Below are positions 26,098 through 38,293 of a stretch of 64,000 nt of DNA, piece after piece. Source of the stretch: Callorhinchus milii (lineage: Eukaryota); the NCBI RefSeq assembly GCF_018977255.1, contig NW_024704743.1:64234001-64298000 (forward strand), written 5' to 3'. The notes under the pieces were generated by a model. It was given only the letters and a program-made list of their open reading frames with translations. It did not search any database and was not told where the DNA came from. The position numbers and the translations under genes are program-made. Positions within the stretch are counted from its first letter, which is position 1. Each line of letters starts with the position of its first letter.

Positions 26098-27249
26098 CTG
26101 CAAGAAACCACATGCTGAACTTACAACTGAAAACAGACTTTTCACAGTGATGAATAAGATAAAGCAACAAAGGAAACGATCTGAACCATTAACATGAAAA
26201 CGTGATCACATTTAATCTTCCCCATATGCTGCATTAATTAATTTAATTGGTATCAGTATGATCAATATCTAGAGTAACTCCAATATACTTCAAATCTTGT
26301 TGCAATCTTTGTTGCATCACTTACAACAATTGAAGATCAGATGAAGGGCTGTGTTCAATCAACCAAAACCTATTGCACAATATCCACATGCATCACCTCT
26401 AAAAGCATTGCAAAAGGTTAAGACCAATATTTGAATGTGAAGTTAGCTCTGTCAGAACATGTTTTTGCACATAATGGTTCTAACTGAATCAAAGAAGCTT
26501 TGCTCTAGAAATACATCACATTGGAGTAAAGCTCTTCCAAGTCTGAGTCATACACTTCTGGTTTCCCTGTTAAGAAACTGCTGTTTATTTGATCCTAATC
26601 AAAAAACAAAACAAAAATGAATCACACAAATAGGTGGTCACTCTGCCCATTTTCTCATGATGGTGTTCCTCCCACAAGAAGCCATCCATCCTAATCTCAA
26701 TTCATACATTTTTTTCTATACCCTTAAACATGCATTTGTCAAATTCTTTTTTAAATGTTCCAACTCACTCAAGTCACTCAAACAAATCATTCCATACTCT
26801 GATAGTTCACTGGGATAAATCATTCTTCTAAACCTCTCCTTTCACTCTCTTAGTCACAATCTTGAATTCAATCCCCAGCTGAAGAGTTTTTTTCCCATTA
26901 TTTCATTATCTTACACACCTTTATCATATCATAATAAAATATCATTGGCTCAACTGCATCTGATCATTGACATTTAAACAGGTGCCAACACCAATCCCTG
27001 AGGCATACTATCTATTTATCTGCCAATCAAAAAAAATCCTTCAATTCCAAATATTTTCCACTTGCCATTCAGCCATTCCTCTATCCACTTTGTTATCTGT
27101 CCATCTTCCCTATGTGCCTTAATTTGGGCCACAAGTCTTTTATACAGTATTATGGTAACAAAATTAAAAAAAAACAAAATATTGGAGATTCAAGTTCAAC
27201 CTTTACACTTGGCACTGTAATTTTACAACCCTTTCATAATTGTACTTAC

Positions 27250-27349
27250 CTCTTTATGCTGTTTCCCAAGAATGTGTGTCTGCCACAACAATTCATTTTT
27301 TATTGGAGTAGCGCAAAGTCCGCAACTGAGATGACCCAAACTGTTATAT
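27250..27349 (-). CDS. ZNF830: ZNF830 coding exon 2 (zinc finger): [33 protein letters not shown]
   Basis: Follows the AC acceptor and ends GAG|gtaagt; 100 nt; C-x2-C...H-x5-H finger. Confidence 0.95.
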
Positions 27350-28869
27350 GTTCATGAACTGAGTTAAGGAAGAATAAATCATTGATCATCTTGAACAAAA
27401 TTCAGTTACAACACAAATAAGGGTTTGTGATTCATCCATTTCTTTCAAACACTATAGCTTCACTTGTTACTAACCAAACATGAATGCCAATGAAGCAGTA
27501 GAATAAGGTGGGAAGATTGCAAAACGGTCAGTGCCCAAGTAATGAATTTTATCCAGTGATACATGTGATAATTAGAAAAAAGGATCTTTTAAATTACTGA
27601 TAAGAGTATTTTTGGGTAGCTGAGCATGATACGTGGAAAATCTTCACATGCTTAAGAGTATCCAAACTAGACACAAATTTATGCCATCTACACATTAACG
27701 TTTTGTGTGTCTGGAAAGGAATGCACACTTACTCCCACCAGAGAGTGGAGGGCACCCTACTTACCCAATTCCAGAGAATATTTTTAGCTGCCGGTTAGCA
27801 AGCCCCAAGACTAGGTGACCTCAGCGTGTGCTTTGGGGATACTGCTGGAATTTACCAGTTAAAATCACATAGCTTATTGTTGAGAGCAATATCTGGCAAG
27901 CTTCCCACTGCTTGTCCAGCTAGGCCCACCCTTCCCACTTGGGACTTTATCTTGCAATGTTAACAAGAGCTGTGTGGAAAGAAACCCTGCCCCCAGTGAC
28001 TGGTCAGCCTCTCAAAGTCCGGGCTATGAATCAGGTTGCCTAATCTGCTCCCTGGAGGGACCCGGCTGGCTCAAGAACTAACCGTACAGCCAAAGCTCAC
28101 TGACGCAATTCTGACCTTCTGTTGCCAAGCACATCCCCTTAGAGCCATTCAGCTCCAAAGAAATGTTGCTGACCACTTCTCCCTCCCAGGATAGGCACTA
28201 GCTGGTCAGAGAATGTCAGACCACATTTTTATTTAAATAACTGAAATTGCAGGGTCCCTCTCAGCCGATTAGTAAATCATAGCTGACTGAGCACCATTTA
28301 TATATGAATGTAAAACATCACGGCAGGCAGTCCTCAACTTAAAATGCACACCCAGTACTAAGACTGGTTGACCCGCTAAGCATGGCTTGGGCGGCCGAGA
28401 ATAGCCATTGGCCAAGTCAGTGAGAAACTCCTTCCCAGGAAGAACTGACGCACCACGAGGCGAGTGGACGATACGGCTCAGGAAGTCTCAGGGATGCCCG
28501 AGGAGGGGAATGAACGGGTATCGGGTGTCCAGCGGCCGGAGAGAGAGAGAGAGAGAGTGGACATTGGGAAGGGGTGGGGGTGGGGGGAAAAAATAGGTCC
28601 TTACATAAAACATTACAGCACAGAAACAGCCCAGACAGACAATAGTGGTGTGAGCCTCCACTCCCCGGGTACAAGGCGGGATGATGATGATGATGATAAT
28701 GATGGGCCCGGAGCAGATGAAGGCAGGAGTGAGGGTGCGGGGGGGGGGAGAGGCTAAACCAGGCCCGGGGGCTGGGGGCTGGGGTGTGAGTGAGTGAGTG
28801 AGGGCAGTGACAGGCCCGGGCCTCCCGCTCTGCTCGGGGCCTCTCGCTCGCTCTCGGGCTGAAGGATAT
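27350..28869 (-). other. ZNF830: U12-type (minor spliceosome) AT-AC intron, ZNF830 intron 1, 1520 nt
   Basis: Donor ATATCCTT at 28869-28862, branch site TTCCTTAAC at 27371-27363, terminal AC at 27351-27350. Splicing gives in-frame SPLAR-YNSLG. Confidence 0.93.
27610..28160 (+). repeat. Unclassified ~0.5 kb repeat, copy 3 (inside the U12 intron)
   Basis: Collinear with copies 1 and 2. Confidence 0.78.
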
Positions 28870-29060
28870 CTGGCCAGCGGGGACTGGATCCTCTTGTGTG
28901 TCGGGGCCTCGCGTTTCTTGTCTCTCATCAGCCGGCGCAGCTCCTGCTGCTTCACCGGCCTCCGGCCCGCGGCCGCCCGCGCCGCCATCTTGTGCCCACC
29001 CGCACCTCCGGTGACGCGCCGTGTGACGTACTGTGATTGATAGCGGCCCCGCCCCCACGG
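28680..29060 (-). promoter_or_regulatory. CpG-rich ZNF830 promoter and exon 1 region with YY1, CRE/ATF-like and GC-box motifs
   Basis: GCCGCCATCTT (YY1) at 28981-28991 overlapping the ATG; TGACGC at 29012 and TGACGTA at 29024; GGCCCCGCCCCC at 29045-29056; dense CpG. Confidence 0.7.
28870..28988 (-). CDS. ZNF830: ZNF830 coding exon 1: MAARAAAGRRPVKQQELRRLMRDKKREAPTHKRIQSPLA(R)
   Basis: ATG in AAGATGGCGGC context within CpG-rich DNA; ends in phase 2 at AG|ATATCCTTC (U12 donor). Confidence 0.93.
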
Positions 29061-29545
29061 TCTGTGTCTGTCTGTGTGTCTGTGTGTGTGTGTGTCTCCC
29101 TCCAGCTCTGTGTGTGTGTGTGTCTCCCTCCAGCTCTGTGTGTGTGTGTGTGTGTCTCCCTCCAGCTCTGTGTGTGTGTGTGTCTCCCTCCAGCTCTGTG
29201 TGTGTGTGTGTGTCTCCCTCCAGCTCTGTGTGTGTGTGTGTGTGTCTCCCTCCAGCTCTGTGTGTGTGTGTGTCTCCCTCCAGCTCTGTGTGTGTGTGTG
29301 TGTGTCTCCCTCCAGCTCTGTGTGTGTGTGTGTCTCCCTCCAGCTCTGTGTGTGTGTGTGTCTCCCTCCAGCTCTGTGTGTGTGTGTCTCCCTCCAGCTC
29401 TGTGTGTGTGTGTGTCTCCCTCCAGCTCTGTGTGTGTGTGTGTGTGTCTCCCTCCAGCTCTGTGTGTGTGTGTCTCCCTCCAGCTGTCTGTCTGTGTGTG
29501 TGTGTGTGTGTGTGTCTGTCTGTGTGTGTGTGTCTGTCTGTGTGT
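29060..29545 (+). repeat. Minisatellite: 14 units of CTCCCTCCAGCT separated by variable-length (TG)n
   Basis: Units counted directly; explains the low-complexity ORFs at 28952-29642. Confidence 0.97.
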
Positions 29546-30502
29546 TTCTATAATAATGATAATCCTTGCGTTTGATATAGAGCTTTTCACACCTTCAAGA
29601 CGTCTCAAAGCGCTTCACGGAATATACTGTAAAGTGAATTGATTGTGTATTTGTGGGTGAAATGCGGCAGCCGATTGCTCACCGCGGTGTCCCCCAAACA
29701 GTCCTGGATTGAAGTGACCAAATTATTGTTGTTTTTTATTTGTTTATTTATTTTTATTATTTATGTTTATGCTCGTTAAAAGCGTAAACATGGGTCTGTC
29801 TCCCCCTCTTTCTGTCTCTGACTATGGGTCTTTGTCTGTCTCTTGTCAGTTTGTTTCTCTCGCTCAGTTGTATGTGTCTCTCCAGTGGCCCAGGGGGCCC
29901 TGGTGCAAGAGTAGGTTAGGGTGCCCCAGGTGTATTGTTATGCCACTGACTTCCATGATGTGGCTGGGACCTTCAAAGATACCCCAGGACCCTCAGACAG
30001 CTCCGGCTGAGATCTTTCTGAGATCATGAGACAAGCTGAGGTCCACCTCAGGTCCACGACTCCCGCTTCTGAAACCTGAGTGTCGCTTTTACCTCTTCCA
30101 GCCAACACAACCGAAGACAGGGTCAATTAGTTGTAGACACCACACATCCCCCTGGATCATACTCCTTACCAGAATTTTTTCATCAAAATGAATCCTTATA
30201 TTTTGTTTCATTAAATTTTATCTGCCATTGATATGCCCAATGCCCTATTCTATTTAAGTGGTCCTGGTGATGAGAATGTGGACTTTACTAATAATAATAA
30301 TCCTTGCATTTGATATAGTGTCTTATCATGTCTTTGAGGCATCTCAAAGCGCTTCACAGAATATACTGTATTTTTTGTGGGCAAAATCTGGCAGTCAAAC
30401 TCCCACACAATCGTGGACTGAGTGACCAAATTATTCTTTTTTAAATTTTTTGGGGAGGGATTATTAATAGCCTTGGAAAAGCGATGTACCAATAGATTAA
30501 CA

Positions 30503-32215
30503 ACAATAACAACTTGCTTTTATGTAGTGCCCTCACCTAGGAAAACGTCCTAGAGCGCTTGATAGTGGCAGAGCATGACTCCGAGCTGGTGGGAGGGGGA
30601 GGTAACCGTGGGCATCGTCGAAAAGGAAGGTCTTCAGGCACGAGCTGAAAATGGGGAAGGAAGGGCAAGGTGGAAGGATAGAGGAAGAGTGTTCCGGAGT
30701 TTCAGGGCATAGTGCTTGAAAGAGTGGCCACCAATGGTGGAACAGAGGGCGTGGGGAACATGCAGAAGGCTGGAGCCAGTCGGGCGGAGGCAACAGGTTT
30801 TGGGTTGGGGGGTAATCAGGTCAGAGAGGTAGGGAGGTTCCAGGGATGAAGGGATTTGAAAACGAGTGTGAGGATCTTGAAATCGATCCATTCGGTGATG
30901 GGGAGCCAGTGGAGCTTGGCTAGAACTGGTGTGATGGGGGTATGGAGAGTAGTACAGGTGAGTGTGGACAGTGGAGTTTTGGATTGGTTGGATCCTGTGG
31001 ATGATGGAGTTGGGGAGTCCGGCAAAGAGGGCATTTGAGAAGTCCAGTCGGGAGGTGACAAACGCATGGACCAGAGTTTCAGCTGCATCTGGGGTAAGGT
31101 ACGGTCGGAGGCGGGCAATGTGGCAGAGGTGGAGCAAGGTGGTCCTGGTCAGGGACCGGAATTGGGGAAGGAAGGACAGCTGTGGGTTGAACCTGACACC
31201 TTGGTTGCACACTGGTTCGGTGGGTCTGAAGGATAGATGGGAAGTTGAGGAGGTCAGAGCCGCAGGATAGAAGACGTTGATGGGAGCCAATGAGTATGGC
31301 TTCCGTCTTGTCAACATTGAGTTGTAGGAAGTTTTCACTCATCCAGGCCCTGATGTCCACCAGACAAGCTGAGAGAACATTGGCGGAACTGAAGTCGTAG
31401 CTAGAGGAGAAGTAGATTTGTGTGTCATCTGTATAAACGTGGAAGTTTACCCCATGGTCTGCGGATGACTTTGCCAAAAGGGAGCATATAGATGAGGAAG
31501 AGGCAGGGGCCAAGGATGGAGCCCTGGTGTACACCAAACATGACCGGGTGGGGGCGGGAGGAGAACCGTTTGAGGAGATAAAGTGAAGGCGGTTTGTTAG
31601 GTAGAACTCGAACCAGGATAGTGTGGTCCCACTGAGGTGGATGAGGGAGGAGGAGGATGGTGTGGTCAACTGTTGAATGCAGCAGAGAGGTCCAGGAGTT
31701 CGAGGAGGCAGAGGGAGCCCTGGTCTCAGAGAGCGAGGATGTTGTTTCTGACCTTAATGAACACCCTCTCTGTGCTATCAGCAGTGCGAAAACCAGACTA
31801 GAGGGGCTCAAGAAGGGATTGGAAGGAGAGGGTGAGAGCAAAGCTGGTTAGCAACAATGTGTCGCCAACCAGCGACAATGTGTCGCTAATGAGCTTTGGT
31901 AAAGGAAGGCCAGGTTGGAAATGGGTTGGTAATTTGTGAAGCTGGAGAGGTCAAGGGTAGTTTTTTTGAGGAGGGGAGTGATGACAGCGGTTTTAAGGGG
32001 GAGAGGAACAGAACCTAAGGAGAACGACTGGTTGACTATGTCGGCCAGCATGGGGGAGAGGAGGGGCGTGTTGTGTGACCAGCAGCTGGGTGGGGAGGGG
32101 ATCGAGGCAGTAGGTGGTGGGCTTCATCTGGAGATGGGGGTTGAGAGGGAGGTGGGAGTAATTGGGACAAAGCAGTGTAGGGGAGGGGGGAGTGGTAGTA
32201 GCCATGGTGGAAGGA
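30503..32215 (-). mobile_element. L2 LINE, ~1.7 kb RT-to-3'-end fragment with frameshifts
   Basis: LKTAVITPLLKK, GVHQGSILGP, YTDDTQIY, WMSENFLQLNVDKTE, FVTSRLDF, LHWLPI. Confidence 0.93.
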
Positions 32216-32225
32216 GGGGGTGGTG

Positions 32226-32770
32226 TACAACAACAACAACAGCAAAATTTTATTTATAGAGCGCCTTTCACGTCAGGAGAACGTCCCAAGGCGCTGGACC
32301 GTTGGGTCGGGACCTGAGCAGGGGGAAAATGGTCAGGGTGAGGGGAGGGAAGGGAGAGAGCGAAGAGAGGGTAGAGAGTCGAGAGGGGAGCTGAAGGCAC
32401 GGTCGAAGAGAAAGGTCTTGAGACCGGCCTTGAAGGAGGAAAGGGAGGAGGCGGCGAAGGCACTGGGGTATGGAGTTCCAGAGCCTCGGGGCTGAGAGGC
32501 TGAAGGCCCGGCCACCGATGGTAGGGCGGTTAGGACAGGGGATGTGGAGCAGACCGGAGCCAGAGGAACGGAGGATGCGGGCAGGTAAGTAGGGGGATAG
32601 TAGGTCGGAGAGGTAGGAGGCAGCAAGGCAGTGAATGGCCTTGTAGATGAGGATGAGGATCTTGAATTCGATCCTCTGGGGGATGGGGAGCCAGTGGAGG
32701 CGAGCGAGGGTGGAAGTGATGTGGTGGTGAAGCCTGGTGCGGGACAGTATACGAGCTGCAGAGTTCTGAC
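32226..32770 (-). mobile_element. Young L2 LINE 3' fragment
   Basis: QNSAARILSRTR...LARLHWLPIPQRIEFKILIL; (CAA)n end. Confidence 0.93.
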
Positions 32771-33116
32771 TATAATAATAATAATTGCATTTGATATTGC
32801 GCTTTTCACGTCTTCTAGATGTCTCAAAGCACTTCACAGAATAGACTGTAAATAATAATAATCCTTACATTTGATATAGCGCTTTTCACGTCGGGAGGAC
32901 GTCCCAAAGCGCTTCACAGAACACACTGAAAAGTGAATTGACTGTATATTTGTGGGCAAAATGCAAAAGCCGATATCGCACAGCAGTGTCCCACAGTCGT
33001 GGATTGAAATGACCAATTTATTCCTGTTTTTTTTCTTGGGGGATTATTATCAGGCATGTAGAGTAAGGAAACTTGCTCAAGGTTTCGTCCTGCCGGGAAT
33101 CAAACCCAGGTCTCTG
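32771..33116 (-). mobile_element. SINE tail plus short-variant tRNA-Ala SINE in tandem
   Basis: Two successive (AAT)n tails; the second copy extends to the B box. Confidence 0.85.
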
Positions 33117-33989
33117 GAATCAATTTAAAGAGAGTAATTGTTTTTGAGAGTTTTGGATTACAGAATGCTTGTAATGTTATTATAATAGATATAATTTATT
33201 TACCCAATATAGTTACTACCGTGTGAAGGGTGTACAAAAGGTATACAAAAGGGTATACAAAATAAAGTTGAATTTGAGGCTATTGTTGCATGTGCCAGAC
33301 ACCTGACTGACAAACAAATTCTAGAATTTCAAATCCTTTTAACACATGATTGCAGCAAATATCTGTTTCAATTTCATTTTCCTCACGCAGTGTTAAAGAA
33401 TGTGGACCAACTTGTTATATCTGTCCTTGCAAGATTTGCAAGGCTGCTATTCTAAAGTTTCCTCATTATTGTTCATGTGAATCTTCTCCCTATCCACTGA
33501 CTCAGTATCTCCTTTTTCAAAATTGCCATCATCACTCCCTTCCCCCAACCCCTCACTATGTTCTCCAGCTACCAACATATTTTTAACCTACCTTTCCTTT
33601 CCAAGGTGCTTGTAACTAGGTAAGCAGAGTGCACCTATGGTCACCTCCCACTTCCTTTTCCCTTCCTCGATGTCCAACCTTGCCACTGTGCAGTACTCGA
33701 AGACACTAACCTGCATGAAAGGCTCTATATAAAAGTTGTTGTTGTATGAGTTGTTTCTCATCTGACTCCTTCCTTTCTCGCAGCTCCCTATATGATCCCC
33801 TCCAATCTGGTTTCCACCCTCTCTGCAGCACTGAGTGCCTTGGTCAAAGTCACCAACGATGTTCTCTCTGAACACGATCAAGGCTCCCTTAACCTTTTCA
33901 TAAAATCTCAACTATCTTGTTTTGTGAATGTGTTTGTTGTTGTTATAAGTTAATTTTCCCAGAATGTGTGTCCACAGTGATCCATGCGT

Positions 33990-34865
33990 TTGTATAGGTG
34001 AGGACACAGCCAGCAGAATTTTGTATAATTTTGGACCTTGTTAACAATGGAACTAGGGAGACCAGGGAGGAGTGCCTGGTATGGGGATGTGGGGGAAAGT
34101 TAAACAGGTCAGAACATGAATGTAAGGTTTAAAGGACAGTTGAGTCAAATAAGACGCTGAGGTTCCACACTGGCTCTGTGAGGTGGAGTGTGCATCTAGA
34201 GTAGTGTGATGCTGTCAGTGCCTAAGGTGAGAAGGTGCTAACAGGAGCCAAGTAGGAGTGCCTCCATTTTGTCAACATTCAACTGGAGAAAATTAGCTCT
34301 CATCCAGGATTTGATGTCTGACAAGCAATAGATCAGAATAGGTCCTGGAATTGAAGGTGGAGGCAGAGAGATAGTGTCATGGAGAGATTGAGAGTGTCAT
34401 CCTCATAAATGTGGAAGTTAACCCCAAGTCTGTGAATAACATTGCTGAGCGAGAGCATATAAATATTAAAGAGAGGACCAAGGATAGAGCTCCGAGGAAC
34501 ACTGCACATGATGGCGCAGGAGGTGAAGCCATTGGCAGATACAAAGTGGATACATTGGGATAGATAAGAACGAAACCAGGAAAGGACTATGAAGCTGGAG
34601 CTGGGAAGAAAGGTGGTGGAGAAGAATAGAATGGTCGAAGGTGGCTGAGAGATTAAGAAGGATGAGGGGGCAGAGAGAACAACAGATGGCCAGAATGTTA
34701 TTGGTGACTTTAACCAGGGCAGTCTCTGTACTGTGGGGAGAGCGGAAACCGGATTGGAGGGGTTCATGCAGGGAGTGCAGGAAAGGAAAGAGCTAGGAAG
34801 CAACGACTCATTCTAGGACCTTTGAGAAGAAAAGCGGGTTAGAGGTGGGATGCTAGTTATGGAAT
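33990..34865 (-). mobile_element. Old L2 LINE RT fragment
   Basis: [33 protein letters not shown]. Confidence 0.85.
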
Positions 34866-36090
34866 AGGAAACAAAAACAGAGAGAGATGGAAAAACTCAG
34901 CAGGTCAGGCAGCATGTATGGAGAAAGGAAAGTGAATCAATGTTTCTGGTCCATGACCCTTTGTCAGAATTGGGGCACGTTGGGAGGGAGAGGCTTTTAA
35001 GGGCTAACTGAAAAGGGGGAGGCAGGGCAAGGAAGACAAAGGGGAAAATGGGGGAGAGGACAGGGGATGATGAGTTAAAGAGGTGTGAAGAGGAGAAGAG
35101 GTGTGTCTGGGACCCAGATGATGTGGTAATGGTCACAGAAGAGGAGGAGGGGGAAGGTGAGCTGTTATGGTCTGAAATTGTTGAAATTAATATTGAGGCC
35201 AGAGGGCTGTAAAGTCCCTAGCAGATAAATGAGGTGCTATTCCTCAAGCTTGTGCTGTGTCTCATTGGAAGGAGACCGTGGATGGAGAGGTCAGAGTGCG
35301 AGTGGGAAGGAGAGTTGAAGTGGCAAGATTCCCTGGTTCATTTCTCCATCACCACCAACAAGTTGATCTCCTCCCCCCGGCACCTTCCCATGCCAACGCA
35401 GGAGATGCAATACCTGCCCTTTCACCTCCTCCCATATCACTGTCCAGGGCCCCAAACACAATTTTCAAGTGAGACAGCGATTTCCGTGCACTACCACCAA
35501 TGTAGTTTACTGCACTCGCTGCTCACGATGTGGTCTCCTCTACATTGGGAAGACCAAACGCAGATTGGGTGACGGATTTTCCGAACACCTCCATTCTGTC
35601 CGCAAGCACAACCCTGAGCTTCCAGTTTCTTGCCACTTCAACTCTCCCTCCCACTCGCACTCTGACCTCTTCATCCATGGTCTCCTATCCTATTCCAATG
35701 AGCCACAGCGCAAGCTCGAGGAACAGCCCCTCATTTATCTGCTCGGGACCTTACAGCCCTCTGGCCTCAATATTGATTTCAACAATTTCAGGCCATAACA
35801 GCTCTCACCTTCCCCCTCTTCTGTGACCATTACCGCATCATCTGGGTCCCAGACACACCTCTTCTCTCTCTATTTTCTATTTTGTTGCATTACCCCCCTC
35901 ACCCCATTTGTTTTGCATTATTAACACCTCTATTTCCCTGTTTTGTTGCAGCCCCACTTTGTTTTGCATCATTAACACCTCTTTAACCCATCATTCCCTT
36001 TCCTTTCTCCATAGATGCTGCCTGACCTGCTGAGTGTTCCCAGCGACTTCTGTTTTTGTTTCAGGTTTCCAGCATCTGCAGTATTTTGCA
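34866..36090 (+). mobile_element. Penelope-like element: GIY-YIG endonuclease 3' portion with an inverted pseudo-LTR
   Basis: Open frame ~35373-35798 reads CQRRRCNTCPF...NVVYCTRCSRCGLLYIGKTKRRLGDGFSEH...GTLQPSGLN. 34866-35328 is an inverted copy of 35628-36090. Confidence 0.9.
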
Positions 36091-36379
36091 TTTTGTTTAT
36101 GTTTCTGGACTTTTGTTTACACTGTTTTAAAGTGCAATTTTCTCTTTTCCAAACATTGAGTGGGTACTTTAATAGTACTGAATCAGCAATGCTTTGCTCA
36201 TGAGAACAATGCACTTTTTGCTTCCTAATATTCATGCAATTAAAAAAAACACTCTCCTATTCCAAAGTGTTTTCACTGCTGTTAACTGTACCCATATTCC
36301 TATTCACAGGCATTTAACATGGAGGGTTAACCAATCAACTAATTTGCTTAGGGTGTTGAAGATAATTCCAACACAATAC

Positions 36380-37240
36380 AAATTTACATTTATATGGCTC
36401 CTTTTACATTGCGAGAATGTCCCAAGGTGCTTGACAGTCCTGGCTTGGCACCTGAGCTGGGAGTGGGAGACAAATTGGATGGGAGGGGAAAGATGATTGA
36501 CGGATCTATCTTGAGATGGACCTTTAAACATGCGAGGAAGGAGGCAAGTTGGAGAGACAAATTGCCAGAGAATGGGGCAGAAAGGCTGAAAGATCAACTG
36601 CCAATAGTAAGGAAGGTAAGGCTGGAGACGTGAAGCAGCCTAGTGCCTGCTGAGCAAAGGGAGCGGCAGGTCACGACAGTTTGAAGTGATCGTAGAGGTA
36701 GGTTGAAGTGGTAGAGACCATAAAGGGATTAAAACGGAAGCCAAGGATCTTGAACTCAATCTGCTGAGGGATTGGGAGCCAGTGGAGCCAGGCATGGACG
36801 GGGGTGATCGGCTCAGAGAGCTGAGTATGGTAAGGAAAATGGGATGCAGAGTTCTGAATAGTCTGCAGCTTGCGAAGGGCCTAGGTGTTTAGTCCAGTGA
36901 GTAGAGATTTAGTCTTATCTAACCTGGGCATGATAAAATGCATTGATAAGAGTGCCAGAGCCCGAGGGGAGAGGTAGGTGCAGAAGCGGGCAATGTTATA
37001 AAAGTGGAGGCAAGCTGAGAGGGACAGGACATGGATGTGAGGTTTAAAGAACTTTTGGGAGTCAAACAAGGTACCGACGTTCCGCACTGGCTCCGAGAGG
37101 TGCAGGTTGATGAGATTGAGATTGTCATTGGTGACTTTGACCAAGATAGTTTGGTATTTTAGGCAGTGCAGAAGCCAGTTTGGAGGGTTCATGTAGATAG
37201 TGCAGGAAGAGCAAAGCTAGGAAACAATGGCTCATTCCGG
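36380..37240 (-). mobile_element. Old L2 LINE fragment with internal deletion
   Basis: LVKVTND joined to VRNVGTLFDS...FYNIAR...RLD. Confidence 0.8.
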
Positions 37241-38293
37241 TAATAATAGTAATAATAATAATTCCATTCCTCCTCAAGCAACAGAGTTCACATTTGTTCT
37301 GCAATATCTTCCTGATTTCTAAATAATAGCGGCACCCAAAGCCACCTAAAAATGTGGGAATTACCATCCTTACCCACCAGCTTGGCAAGAACGCTGTATT
37401 CAACCCTGGGAGCAGACACTCAGATTTTGCTTTAGAAGATAAATAATCCTTGCATTTGCTAAAGCGCCTTTCAAGTTAGGATGATGCAATTCATAGGATA
37501 TACTGTAAAGTGCTGTGACTGTGTATATTGTAGGTATCAGCAATTAATTTATGCACAGAAATGTCCCACAAATAAGCATGAAGTAATGGACCAATTTTAT
37601 TTGGGGGCTTGTAGGTTTAAAGGACAATTGGGATGGAGAAGGGAGAAACTCCCTTCTGTTTTCAAATAGTGGCACGGGAATCTTTAATATCCACCTGGAC
37701 AAGGAGATGGACCTTGGTTTAAGGATAAACGGGGTTAAATGGCATTGCAAGGCCCCAATCCAAGATGAAAATCTTCAATATTGTGTGTGAAAGAGCGTCA
37801 AGAATTGGGCTAGTGATGTTTTTATATTTGATAGCTGACTTCTTTGAAGGCTCCACCCGAGTTTCTGCTTTATTTCAGGTCTGGCTTCAGTGTGTGATGA
37901 CTTCATTCCCACCAGATGCTGAGGTTGAATTGCAGCAGTTAACACAGGAGGTGGAATACAACCACCTTCAACCTTTCAAAAGCCATTTGTTGATAGATAT
38001 TCCAGTGAATACATTACAATAAAAACAAATACAGGGCAACCCTAATATAACATCCGCAGTATAACATGGCTCCACTTATAGTACAAGTGTCCTATAGGCT
38101 CACTCTAATAATAATAATAATCCTTGCATTTGATATAGCACCTTATCACGTCTTTGAGACGTCTCTAACCGGAACTGTGATGTACTCAGCTTCTGGCACT
38201 GAATAGCCAGGCTAAAACATGAATTCTAGGTTACCTTGTTGCTGTCTATGCAAAGTGATGTTAACTTGGCAGTTCAGTGCTGATTAGTGGGAT

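Larger units (their letters stand above)
1199..28988 (-). other. ZNF830: ZNF830 gene span, ATG to stop (10 coding exons, 363 aa); zinc-finger protein of the XAB2/AQR intron-binding spliceosomal complex
   Basis: Exon lengths 119+100+124+34+233+88+64+81+77+172 = 1092 nt join in frame. The peptide matches recalled ZNF830 motifs: QQELRRLM, C-x2-C...[51 protein letters not shown]. Confidence 0.95.

Noticed and set aside
28417..29058. 213-aa and 166-aa minus-strand ORFs as single-exon genes
   Set aside because: Homology to ZNF830 stops at the U12 donor; the remainder is GC-rich intron.
29060..29545. CRISPR-like regular array
   Set aside because: The spacers are just (TG)n rather than unique sequence; the context is eukaryotic and there are no cas genes.
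28952..29642. Long Cys/Val-rich and His/Thr-rich ORFs (159-218 aa)
   Set aside because: They are translations of the (TG)n minisatellite, with no coding evidence.
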